Origin: Anaerolineae bacterium
GTDB lineage: Bacteria > Chloroflexota > Anaerolineae > B4-G1 > DUEL01
Direction of reading: 5' to 3'
DNA: 64,000 nt
NCBI GenBank assembly: GCA_041082215.1
Contig: JBDOIF010000041.1
Coordinates: 1-64,000 of the forward strand
In this document: positions 56,423-64,000 of the stretch, in pieces
How positions within the stretch are numbered: position 1 is the first letter of the stretch
Layout: the number at the start of each line of letters is the position of its first letter
Translations under genes and position numbers: made by a program
Notes under the pieces: generated by a model
What the model saw: the letters and a program-made list of their open reading frames with translations, nothing else
Database searches by the model: none
Told to the model about the DNA's origin: nothing

Positions 56423-57496
56423 TCACACCCCCAACTGCTCATACAGCCGCCCGTAGTCGAAGTGCTCGTCCATCAACTGCTCAAACCGCTCCAGCTTCTC
56501 TGGCTGCCCCAGCCGGGTCTTGCCGAAGACCTCTTCGACCGCCTCTACTGCCTCCATCGTGTTTTGTCGCACCAGGAGGACCGGCACCCCGGCCTCCTCG
56601 GCGCGGCGAAGGATCTCCGGCTGGGGCCGGAGGTGGCCGGTGAGGATCAGGCAGGAAGTCGCTGTCTCCAGGGCCGCAAGCTGAATATCGGCCCGGTCTC
56701 CGCCGGTGATGATCGCCTTTGTGCCGGGGATACGTCGGATGCGGGGGAGGGCCTGCTCCACACTCATCGCGCCCACCACCAGGTTCTCGATCAACAGGTC
56801 GGATTTCTCCGGCAGAGCGAGGAACTGAGCCCGCAGGACCTGCGCCAGCTCCCCCACGCTGATCGCCTGCAACTCCTCCTGGTGGGGAAGGACTCCCAGA
56901 ACGGGTATTCCCCGCCCCTCCAGACAGGGTCGGGCGACATCGGCGACGAACGTACGGGCGCTGTCCGGCACCGCATTGATGAGCAGCCCCAGCAGCCGTC
57001 CCCCCAGCCGCAGTTTGGCCACCTGACAGTCGTCCACCAGCCCCATCTCGTTTCGGAAGCGGATCACAGCCAGCACCGGCACATCCAGCGCCTCCGACAC
57101 CTCCAGCGGCCCCAGGCCGATCCCCACACCCTCTCGCAGCGATGCCCCGCCTTCGAGGAGGACGATGTCCTTGCCGGCAGCCACCGCCTGATAAGCGGCC
57201 CTGACCTCGCCCAACAGGTCGCGGGACGAACAGCTACAGAGGGTGTCGTGAAGGAGCGAGGGGGTGAGGACGACACCGACCAGGCTTGAAGAAGGCTCCC
57301 TCAGCCCCAGCGCCCGCCGCACGAAGTCGGCGTCCTCATCCAGCGCCCGTCCCGGCACCGGCTCCCAGGGCTGGGTAGAGAGGGGCTTGAAGTAACCGAC
57401 CCGATACCCATCCCTCTGCAGCCGCCGTCCCAACGCCAGGCAGACGGCCGTCTTGCCGCTGAAGGTCTGCAGGGACGTCACATACAACGCTTTCAT
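56423..57496 (-). CDS. Phosphotransacetylase N-terminal-like protein (BioD-like P-loop + DRTGG)
   Basis: FSGKT, GYFKP, LLEGG, VGAM, ITGGDRADIQLAALE; no catalytic PTA domain. Confidence 0.85.
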   Translation of the reverse strand: MKALYVTSLQTFSGKTAVCLALGRRLQRDGYRVGYFKPLSTQPWEPVPGRALDEDADFVRRALGLREPSSSLVGVVLTPSLLHDTLCSCSSRDLLGEVRAAYQAVAAGKDIVLLEGGASLREGVGIGLGPLEVSEALDVPVLAVIRFRNEMGLVDDCQVAKLRLGGRLLGLLINAVPDSARTFVADVARPCLEGRGIPVLGVLPHQEELQAISVGELAQVLRAQFLALPEKSDLLIENLVVGAMSVEQALPRIRRIPGTKAIITGGDRADIQLAALETATSCLILTGHLRPQPEILRRAEEAGVPVLLVRQNTMEAVEAVEEVFGKTRLGQPEKLERFEQLMDEHFDYGRLYEQLGV

Positions 57497-57509
57497 CACT
57501 TCCTCCACC

Positions 57510-57545
57510 TGCTACGAGCAACGAGCGACCAGCAACCAGCCACTA
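57510..57545. repeat. Heptamer tandem repeat
   Basis: gctacga gcaacga gcgacca gcaacca gccacta. Confidence 0.65.
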
Positions 57546-59633
57546 ACCCAGCACCAGCCGCATATCCAGCGCCACCGCCCCCCGCCCCTCATCGAAGACC
57601 ATCAGCGGGTTGACATCCAGCTCGACGATGTCGGGGAAGTCGGTGACCAGCTGGCCGACCCGACAGAGAGCATCCACAATCGCCGCGTGGTCGGCCGGCG
57701 GCTCCCCCCGCATCCCCTCCAGGAGCGCGTAGGAGCGGATCTCCCGGATCATCTCCTCCGCCTCCATCCGGCTGAAGGGGGCCACGCGGAAGACCACATC
57801 CTTAAGTGCCTCCACGTAGATGCCGCCCAGCCCAAAAGCCACCAGCGGCCCAAACTGGGGGTCGCGGCTCATCCCGATGAGGACCTCCCGGCCCGGGGGG
57901 ACCATCTTCTGCACCAGGCAACCCCAGATGCGGGCCCCCGGCACGTACCGGTTGGCCCGATAGACGATCAGATCGAAGGCGTCCCTCACATCGTCGGGGG
58001 AGCGAAGGTTCAGCCTGACCCCCCCCACATCGGTTTTATGGAGAATATCTGGCGAAGCGACTTTCAGCACCACCGGGTAGCCCATTTCGTCGGCGGCTGC
58101 GATGGCCTCCTCGGGTGTGGCCGCCAGGCGGGAGGGGGGCACCGGGAAGCCGTAGGCTTCCAGGATGGCCCGCGCCTCGGCGTCGCCGATGCTCACCCGC
58201 CCCTCCGACCGGGCCTGATCCAGCACCCTGCGCACCGCCTCCACATCCACCTCGAACCGTTCCGGCTGGCGGACCGTCCGCTCCCGCTCCCGCCGGTAAG
58301 CGACCATCGCCGCCAGCGCCGCCGCTGCCCGCTCCGGGAAGGGGTAGTTGGGGACCTGGTACTGTCGCAGGACCTCGATCCCGGCCTGGATGCGGGCCTC
58401 CCCCATAAAGCAGCCCAGCACCGGCTTCTCCGTCTGGCGGGCGATCCGCCCCACGACGTGGGCCGTCTCTTCGATCTGGGTCATCGCCTGTGGGGTGACG
58501 ATGACGATGGCCGCGTCCACTCCGGGGTCCTCCAGCACCAGCCGCAGCGCGTGCTCGTACCGGTCCGCCAGCGCATCTCCCAGCACATCCACCGGGTTGG
58601 CGGCGGAGGCCGCCCCGGGGAGGTCGGCCATCAACAGCTCGATTGTTTCCGGCCGAAGTCGGGCCAGTTGAAGCCCGGCGTGCTCCAGCGCATCGGTGGC
58701 GAGGATCCCCGGACCGCCGGCGTTGGTGACGATGGCCACCCGGTCCCCTGCCGGGAGCGGCTGGTAGGCGAAGGCCTGGGCGTAGTCGAAAAGGTCCTCC
58801 ATCGAATCGGCCCGGATCACTCCCGCCTGACGGAAGGCGGCTCGATAGGCCGCCTCCGACCCGGCCAGGCTGCCGGTATGGGAGGAGACAGCACGGGAGC
58901 CAGCGCGGGTGACGCCGGACTTCACTGCCACGACCGGCTTCTTTCGCGTCACCCGGCGGGCAACCTCCATAAAGCGCTGACCATCGGGCAACCCCTCGAC
59001 GTAGATGAGGATCACCCGGGCGCCGGGATCGTCCTCCCACGCCTCCAGCAGATCCACCTCGTTGACGTCCGCTTTGTTGCCCAGGCTGACGAAACGGGAG
59101 AAGCCGATCCGGCCCGCCAGTGCCAGGTCGAGCACCGCCGTCCCCAGCGCACCGGACTGGGACATGAAGGCGATGGGGCCACCGGGGGGCATGCCGGCGG
59201 CGAAGGTGGCGTTAAGGGGAGTCTCGGTGTCTATGATCCCCAGGCAGTTAGGGCCGACGAGGCGGATCCCATACCGACGGGAGATCTGGATCAGCTCCTG
59301 TTCCCGCTCCAGCCCCTCCCGCCCCGCTTCCCGGAAGCCTGCGCTGATGACCACGGCCGCGCCCACACCTTTCTGGCCGCACTCTTCCAGCACGGCGGGG
59401 ACAAACGGATAGGGGATCACGATCACCGCCAGCTCCACCGGCCCCGGCACATCCAGAATGGAGGGGTAGGCCCGAAGCCCCAGGATTTCCCCCGCCTTAG
59501 GGTTGATCGGGTAGAGGTCGCCGGGGAAGCCGCCGTTCTTGAGGTTGGCAAGAACCGCGTACCCCAGCTTTTCCGGATCGCGGGATGCGCCGATGACGGC
59601 GACCGAGGATGGTCGGAAGAAGGCTTCCAGCAT
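57543..59633 (-). CDS. Acetate--CoA ligase (ADP-forming), fused alpha/beta
   Basis: VAVIGAS, GPNCLG, SQSGALG, SHTGSLAG (phospho-His), NPVDVLGD, HKTDVGGV, FGP, ELDVNP; no GNAT domain. Confidence 0.9.
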   Translation of the reverse strand: MLEAFFRPSSVAVIGASRDPEKLGYAVLANLKNGGFPGDLYPINPKAGEILGLRAYPSILDVPGPVELAVIVIPYPFVPAVLEECGQKGVGAAVVISAGFREAGREGLEREQELIQISRRYGIRLVGPNCLGIIDTETPLNATFAAGMPPGGPIAFMSQSGALGTAVLDLALAGRIGFSRFVSLGNKADVNEVDLLEAWEDDPGARVILIYVEGLPDGQRFMEVARRVTRKKPVVAVKSGVTRAGSRAVSSHTGSLAGSEAAYRAAFRQAGVIRADSMEDLFDYAQAFAYQPLPAGDRVAIVTNAGGPGILATDALEHAGLQLARLRPETIELLMADLPGAASAANPVDVLGDALADRYEHALRLVLEDPGVDAAIVIVTPQAMTQIEETAHVVGRIARQTEKPVLGCFMGEARIQAGIEVLRQYQVPNYPFPERAAAALAAMVAYRRERERTVRQPERFEVDVEAVRRVLDQARSEGRVSIGDAEARAILEAYGFPVPPSRLAATPEEAIAAADEMGYPVVLKVASPDILHKTDVGGVRLNLRSPDDVRDAFDLIVYRANRYVPGARIWGCLVQKMVPPGREVLIGMSRDPQFGPLVAFGLGGIYVEALKDVVFRVAPFSRMEAEEMIREIRSYALLEGMRGEPPADHAAIVDALCRVGQLVTDFPDIVELDVNPLMVFDEGRGAVALDMRLVLG

Positions 59634-59821
59634 CGCTTTTGCTCACAGGAACGAGGGCCGGATTTACCGCGTCCCCCTCCGCCCGGCAGCCCCAGAAGGA
59701 CCAGGGGAGGGAGAACCGGCCTGCACCGAGAAGAGTATACACCTGTAGGGGGAGAAAGGCAAGGCGGAATCGGCAACAGAAATTTGTGAGTTCGCCGGAG
59801 TTGTGCTAGAATCTCTTCACT

Positions 59822-60757
59822 ATGGCACGCATCGTCTTTATGGGAAGCCCGGAATTTGCCATCCCTTCCCTGGAGGCGCTGGCCCGCGCCCATCAGGTAG
59901 CGGGCGTCGTCACTCAGCCGGACCGGCCGGCTGGCCGTGGGTCCCGCCTGCAGCCTCCGCCGGTCAAGAGGGCGGCCCAGGCCTCAGGTCTGCCGGTCTA
60001 CCAGCCGGAGAGCCTCCGCACCCCCGACGCCCTGGGACAACTGGCAGCCTGGCAACCTGAAGTGGTCGTCGTTGCCGCCTTCGGTCAGATCCTCCCGCCC
60101 GCCGTGCTCGATCTGCCCCCTCACGGCTGCCTCAACCTCCACGCCTCCCTCCTCCCCCGCTGGCGGGGCCCGGCCCCCATCGCCGCTGCCATCCTGGCCG
60201 GAGACGGGGTCACCGGCGTCACCGTGATGCGGATGGACGAAGGGGTGGATACGGGGCCGATCCTGGCCCAGCGGGAAGAGCCGATCCGGCCCGATGACAC
60301 CACCGGCTCCCTATCCAGGCGGCTGGCCCTTCTGGCGGCGGAACTCATTGTCGAAATACTCCCACCCTACCTCTCGGGCCAGCTTTCCCCTCAGCCCCAG
60401 CCGGAAGAGGGGATCACCTACTGTCGCCCTTTAAAAAAGGGGGACGGTCAACTGGACTGGGGGCGGGGTGCGATTGAGCTGGACCGGCAGGTGCGGGCGA
60501 CAGACCCGTGGCCGGGGGCCTACACAACCTGGCGGGGCCAGCAACTGAAGGTCCTCCGCGCCGCGCCGCTCCCCGACTGGCGGGGGAACCTGCGCCCGGG
60601 GACGGTTTTCCCCCTCGGGAAAGGGGCAGCCGTCGCCACAGGAGAGGGGGCCCTTCAGCTCCTGGAAGTACAGCGGGCCGGCAAGAAGCCCCTACCCATC
60701 GAGGCCTTCCTGCGCGGGCAACAGGACTTCATCGGAGCGGTATTGGGCCAGGGCTGA
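59822..60757 (+). CDS. fmt: Methionyl-tRNA formyltransferase
   Basis: IVFMGSPEFA, VTQPDRPAGRG, NLHASLLPRWRG, MDEGVDTG. Confidence 0.97.
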   Translation: MARIVFMGSPEFAIPSLEALARAHQVAGVVTQPDRPAGRGSRLQPPPVKRAAQASGLPVYQPESLRTPDALGQLAAWQPEVVVVAAFGQILPPAVLDLPPHGCLNLHASLLPRWRGPAPIAAAILAGDGVTGVTVMRMDEGVDTGPILAQREEPIRPDDTTGSLSRRLALLAAELIVEILPPYLSGQLSPQPQPEEGITYCRPLKKGDGQLDWGRGAIELDRQVRATDPWPGAYTTWRGQQLKVLRAAPLPDWRGNLRPGTVFPLGKGAAVATGEGALQLLEVQRAGKKPLPIEAFLRGQQDFIGAVLGQG

Positions 60758-60764
60758 AGCTAGC

Positions 60765-60989
60765 CTACCACTCCTCGTCCAGCGCCTCTTCGAAGAAATC
60801 CTCTTCCTCCTCCCAGTCCTCTTCCCACTCCATTTCTTCGTCCTCGAAGTCGGGGACGTACTCCAGAAGAATGGGGTCCAGACCAATCACTTCCAGGAGC
60901 GCACCGCACTCCTCACAGTAAATCCGGTCGTAGAGAGAAATATCGGGAGGGACCGAGAGGATCGTGTTGCATTCCGGGCAGCGCACCAT
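60765..60989 (-). CDS. LysW-like zinc-ribbon protein with a long acidic tail
   Basis: CPEC...CEECGALLEVIGLDP; SD ggaggtga; lacks the terminal EDWGE. Confidence 0.7.
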   Translation of the reverse strand: MVRCPECNTILSVPPDISLYDRIYCEECGALLEVIGLDPILLEYVPDFEDEEMEWEEDWEEEEDFFEEALDEEW

Positions 60990-61029
60990 CTCTCACCTCC
61001 GCGGAGGCCACTCAACTATCCGCTGGCCA

Positions 61030-61263
61030 TCAACGGTTCAGCAGCCGGATGACAATGTTGAGGACGACCGTCAGGAGGATGCTGAGGATGATGGAAGCCA
61101 GAAGGGGAACGATGCAGGTAAAACCCGGTCGTTCAATGCGGATGGTGCCGGGGAGCTGACCCAGGCCGGGCAACCGCGCCAGAAGCCAGAGCAAACCCCC
61201 GACGGCCGCCATCACAATACCCCCTAAGACCAGCAGTTTACCGGCCCATTCCAGCCCTTCCAT
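61030..61263 (-). CDS. DUF2905-like small membrane protein
   Basis: GKLLVLGG...LGQLPGTIRIE...PLLASIILSILLT. Confidence 0.75.
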   Translation of the reverse strand: MEGLEWAGKLLVLGGIVMAAVGGLLWLLARLPGLGQLPGTIRIERPGFTCIVPLLASIILSILLTVVLNIVIRLLNR

Positions 61264-61270
61264 TGTCACC

Positions 61271-62290
61271 TCACAACAACGCGGGTTGTTCTACTCTGTC
61301 GTACGGGATCCCCAGATGGTCGTATGCGCGGCGGGTAGCCACCCGTCCCCGCGGCGTTCGCTCCAGGAACCCAATCTGGAGCAGGTATGGCTCAACCACG
61401 TCCATCACTGTATCCGGTTCCTCGCTCAGCGCCGCCGCGATGGTTTCCAGCCCCACAGGCCCCCCACCGAACTTCTCGATAATGGTGCGCAGGGCCTGCC
61501 GATCCAGCTCGTCCAGCCCCAGTTCGTCCACCTCCAGGAGCGCCAGCGCTTCCCGGGCCACCTCCTGGGTGATCCGACCGTCGGAGCGGACCTGGGCATA
61601 ATCCCGCACCCGCTTGAGGAGCCTGAGGGCCACGCGGGGCGTGCCCCGTCCCCGCCGGGCGATCTCCGTCGCTCCGTCCCCATCCACCTCGATCCCCAGC
61701 ACCTTCGATGCCCGGAGCACGATCGTCTCCAGGGCAGCCTGATCGTAGAACTCAACCCGAAAGACCGCACCGAAGCGGGCCCGCAGCGGGGCAGTGAGGA
61801 GCGCCAGCCGCGTCGTGGCTCCCACGATCGTGAAGTGGGGCAGCTTCAGCCGGATGGAGCGGGCGCTGGGCCCCTTGCCCACCACCAGGTCCAGCGTGAA
61901 GTCCTCCATCGCCGGGTAGAGGATCTCCTCCACCGGGCGGGAGAGGCGGTGAATTTCGTCAATAAAGAGCACCTCTTTCTCGCGGAGGTTGCTCAGAATG
62001 GCGGCCAGGTCGCCCGCCCGCTCGATCGCCGGCCCGGCAGTAGCCCGAATCGGCACCCCCATTTCGCGGGCGATGATGTGGGCCAGCGTCGTCTTCCCGA
62101 GCCCGGGAGGGCCGTAGAAGAGGATATGGTCCAGCGCCTCGCCCCTCCCTCTGGCGGCCTCGATGAGAATGGTCAGATTCTCCCGCACCCGATTCTGCCC
62201 GATCAGGTCGGCCAGCCGTCGGGGGCGGAGGGCCTGGTCCAACTGGACCTCGTCGTCCTGTAGCTGGGGTGAAATCAGGCGCTCGCTCAT
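61271..62290 (-). CDS. ruvB: Holliday junction branch migration helicase RuvB
   Basis: [46 protein letters not shown]. Confidence 0.97.
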   Translation of the reverse strand: MSERLISPQLQDDEVQLDQALRPRRLADLIGQNRVRENLTILIEAARGRGEALDHILFYGPPGLGKTTLAHIIAREMGVPIRATAGPAIERAGDLAAILSNLREKEVLFIDEIHRLSRPVEEILYPAMEDFTLDLVVGKGPSARSIRLKLPHFTIVGATTRLALLTAPLRARFGAVFRVEFYDQAALETIVLRASKVLGIEVDGDGATEIARRGRGTPRVALRLLKRVRDYAQVRSDGRITQEVAREALALLEVDELGLDELDRQALRTIIEKFGGGPVGLETIAAALSEEPDTVMDVVEPYLLQIGFLERTPRGRVATRRAYDHLGIPYDRVEQPALL

Positions 62291-62348
62291 ACGTTTAAGA
62301 TTATACCGACTTTGGGGCAAAAAGGGAAGCAGAGAATTCCCAGCGGTG

Positions 62349-62390
62349 AAAAACGGGCGGGCGCTCTCCGGAGGTGGAGAGAGCGCCCGC
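62349..62390 (-). terminator. Intrinsic terminator after degV
   Basis: gcgggcgctctc...gagagcgcccgc stem followed by a T run on the minus strand. Confidence 0.6.
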
Positions 62391-62419
62391 TGAGGAAGCC
62401 CGCTCGGCTGCCCAGGCCC

Positions 62420-63277
62420 TTATTGGGTGTAGAAAGCCACCCCCAGCGTCCCCGGCCCCGTGTGCGTGCCGATCACCGGGCTGACCTCCGCTATGTAGGA
62501 CTCCTCAGGGTCCAGCACCTGCTGGGCCTTTTCTAATAGCTCCCGGCCCTCTTCCAGGGCGTTGGCGTGGACGACGGCTACCCGGGGCACCGGAGCTGCA
62601 CCCCGACGCTCCAGCGCGATCTCCAGCAACCGATCCAGCGCCTTCTTCTTGGTCCGCACCTGTTCCAGCGCCTCGATCTTCCCACCCTCCAGTTCCAGAA
62701 GCGGCTTGATCTTCAGTGCCGTCCCCAGAAACCGCTGCGCCCCGCCGATCCGCCCCCCCCGGTGGAGGAATTCCAGCGTATCCACGACGAAGAGGACCTG
62801 CAGCCGATACCGCACCCGGTGGGCCGCCTCCAGCACCTCCTCCAGCGAGGCCCCTGCCTGAGCGGCCTCCGCCGCCGCCATGGCCTGGAATCCCTGCCCC
62901 ATCGAGGTAGAGCGGGAATCCACCACCTCGACCCGCAGGTCGGAAAACATCGCCTTTGCCGCCTCCGCCGAGGCTACCGTGCCGCTTAACCCGGATGAGA
63001 TGAACACACCAACCACCGTATCGGTCTTCATCTGTTCCGCAACCTGGCGGAAAAAGTCCACAAACTCTCCGGCCGAAGGCTGGGAAGTGGTCGGCATGAC
63101 CTTAGCCGACCCCAGGCGCTGATAGAAGGCTGTGGGATAAATGTCCACCCCATCCTTCAACACCTCCTCGCCCCACAAAAGGTTCAGGGGGATCACCGGG
63201 ATGCGGAGCCGTTCCCGGACCTCGGGGGGGAGATAAGCTGTGCTGTCGGTTGCAACGGCAATACGCTGAGCGCACAT
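62420..63277 (-). CDS. DegV family fatty-acid-binding protein
   Basis: TDSTAYLP, TTSQPS, ISSGLSGT, VVDS, LHRGGRIG, IGTHTGPG. Confidence 0.93.
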   Translation of the reverse strand: MCAQRIAVATDSTAYLPPEVRERLRIPVIPLNLLWGEEVLKDGVDIYPTAFYQRLGSAKVMPTTSQPSAGEFVDFFRQVAEQMKTDTVVGVFISSGLSGTVASAEAAKAMFSDLRVEVVDSRSTSMGQGFQAMAAAEAAQAGASLEEVLEAAHRVRYRLQVLFVVDTLEFLHRGGRIGGAQRFLGTALKIKPLLELEGGKIEALEQVRTKKKALDRLLEIALERRGAAPVPRVAVVHANALEEGRELLEKAQQVLDPEESYIAEVSPVIGTHTGPGTLGVAFYTQ

Positions 63278-63379
63278 CGGGATATCCTCCTTCCTCGTCT
63301 CTGAATCCACAAAGGATAACACCGGAGAGCGGCGAGGGATGCGCCGGGAGCGGTCATTCGAAGCGGGGAATTCAGCCTG

Positions 63380-63414
63380 TAAAAATGAGGAGGGGAGCTT
63401 ACTCCCCTCCTCAT
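63380..63414 (-). terminator. Intrinsic terminator after ndk
   Basis: atgaggaggggag-ctta-ctcccctcctcat stem plus TTTT on the minus strand. Confidence 0.75.
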
Positions 63415-63421
63415 CCTGATC

Positions 63422-63871
63422 CTACTCAAAGATCCAGCGGTCCGTATCCCGCGTATACGAGAGAATTTCCTCTTCCGTAAAGAAGAGCGGGATCTCGAAA
63501 GCCGCCGTATCTGGACCATCCGATCCGTGGACCAGATTGCGGCCCACCTCCAGTCCGAAATCGGCCCGGATGGTGCCCGGAGTGGCCTCTGCGGGGTTGG
63601 TGGCCCCCATCGTCCGCCGCACGATCTCGATAGCCCGGTTCCCCTCCAGCACCATCACCACGACGGGCGCGGAGGTGATGTACCGGATCAGGCCCTCGTA
63701 GAAAGGCTTTCCCCTATGGACCGCATAGTGGCGCTCTGCCAGTTCGGGCGTGATCTGCATCATTTTCATCGCCACGATCCGCAGCCCTCGCCGTTCAAAG
63801 CGGCCGGTGATCTCACCGATCAACCCCCGCTGCACTGCATCCGGCTTAATGATGACCAACGTGCGCTCCAC
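63422..63871 (-). CDS. ndk: Nucleoside diphosphate kinase
   Basis: SD aggagg, GTG 63871; IKPDAVQR, PGTIRADFG, NLVHGSD. Confidence 0.97.
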   Translation of the reverse strand: MERTLVIIKPDAVQRGLIGEITGRFERRGLRIVAMKMMQITPELAERHYAVHRGKPFYEGLIRYITSAPVVVMVLEGNRAIEIVRRTMGATNPAEATPGTIRADFGLEVGRNLVHGSDGPDTAAFEIPLFFTEEEILSYTRDTDRWIFE

Positions 63872-63957
63872 TTTTCCTCCTTGAACCTGAACGAGTCTCG
63901 GTCCACACAAACGGGCGGGGGATTCCCCCGCCCGGACCAGCCGATTTTTTCGGGCAA

Positions 63958-64000
63958 TCACAGGCTCTCCAGCGCCTCTCGATAGACCTCCAGCGCTTCC
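63958..64000 (-). CDS. 3' end of an upstream CDS (partial)
   Basis: ...EALEVYREALESL-TGA followed by a GC hairpin at 63912-63934. Confidence 0.4.
   Translation of the reverse strand, partial: EALEVYREALESL

Overview
GC-rich bacterial chromosomal window. Gene content (T-box-controlled pheST, bacterial Elp3, a baseplate-J-like gene beside ruvX, a YLPxVxR C-terminal motif) suggests Chloroflexota, probably Anaerolineae-like; this assignment is inference. Most of the window is housekeeping or metabolic: Fur-family regulator plus Ni/Co ECF transporter, alaS-ruvX-mltG, a transcarboxylase-like 12S/5S/1.3S cluster, short HdrA-like flavoprotein, pheST, xerD-punA, Elp3, korDABC, thpR, pyk, eno, ADP-forming acetate-CoA ligase, fmt, ruvB, degV and ndk. 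Accessory-looking parts are: (i) a truncated NB-ARC/STAND-TPR (NLR-like) gene missing from the ORF track; (ii) a tandem-domain GxxExxY nuclease-like gene bounded exactly by 26-bp direct repeats inside the carboxyltransferase operon, with an apparently empty copy of the site 2 kb downstream; (iii) a five-gene MoxR-AAA/DUF5682/HEAT/vWA/SWIM module; (iv) a YprA/MrfA-type helicase with an inserted HNH domain. Intergenic DNA carries several small repeat families: GTAG REP-like hairpins (one duplicated together with a gene 3' end), a ~190-bp MITE reconstructable from three partial copies, ~80-bp elements with conserved ends, and 7/8/9-mer tandem repeats. I saw no rRNA, tRNA, CRISPR array or transposase. 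All family assignments come from motif recognition by eye, not database searches.
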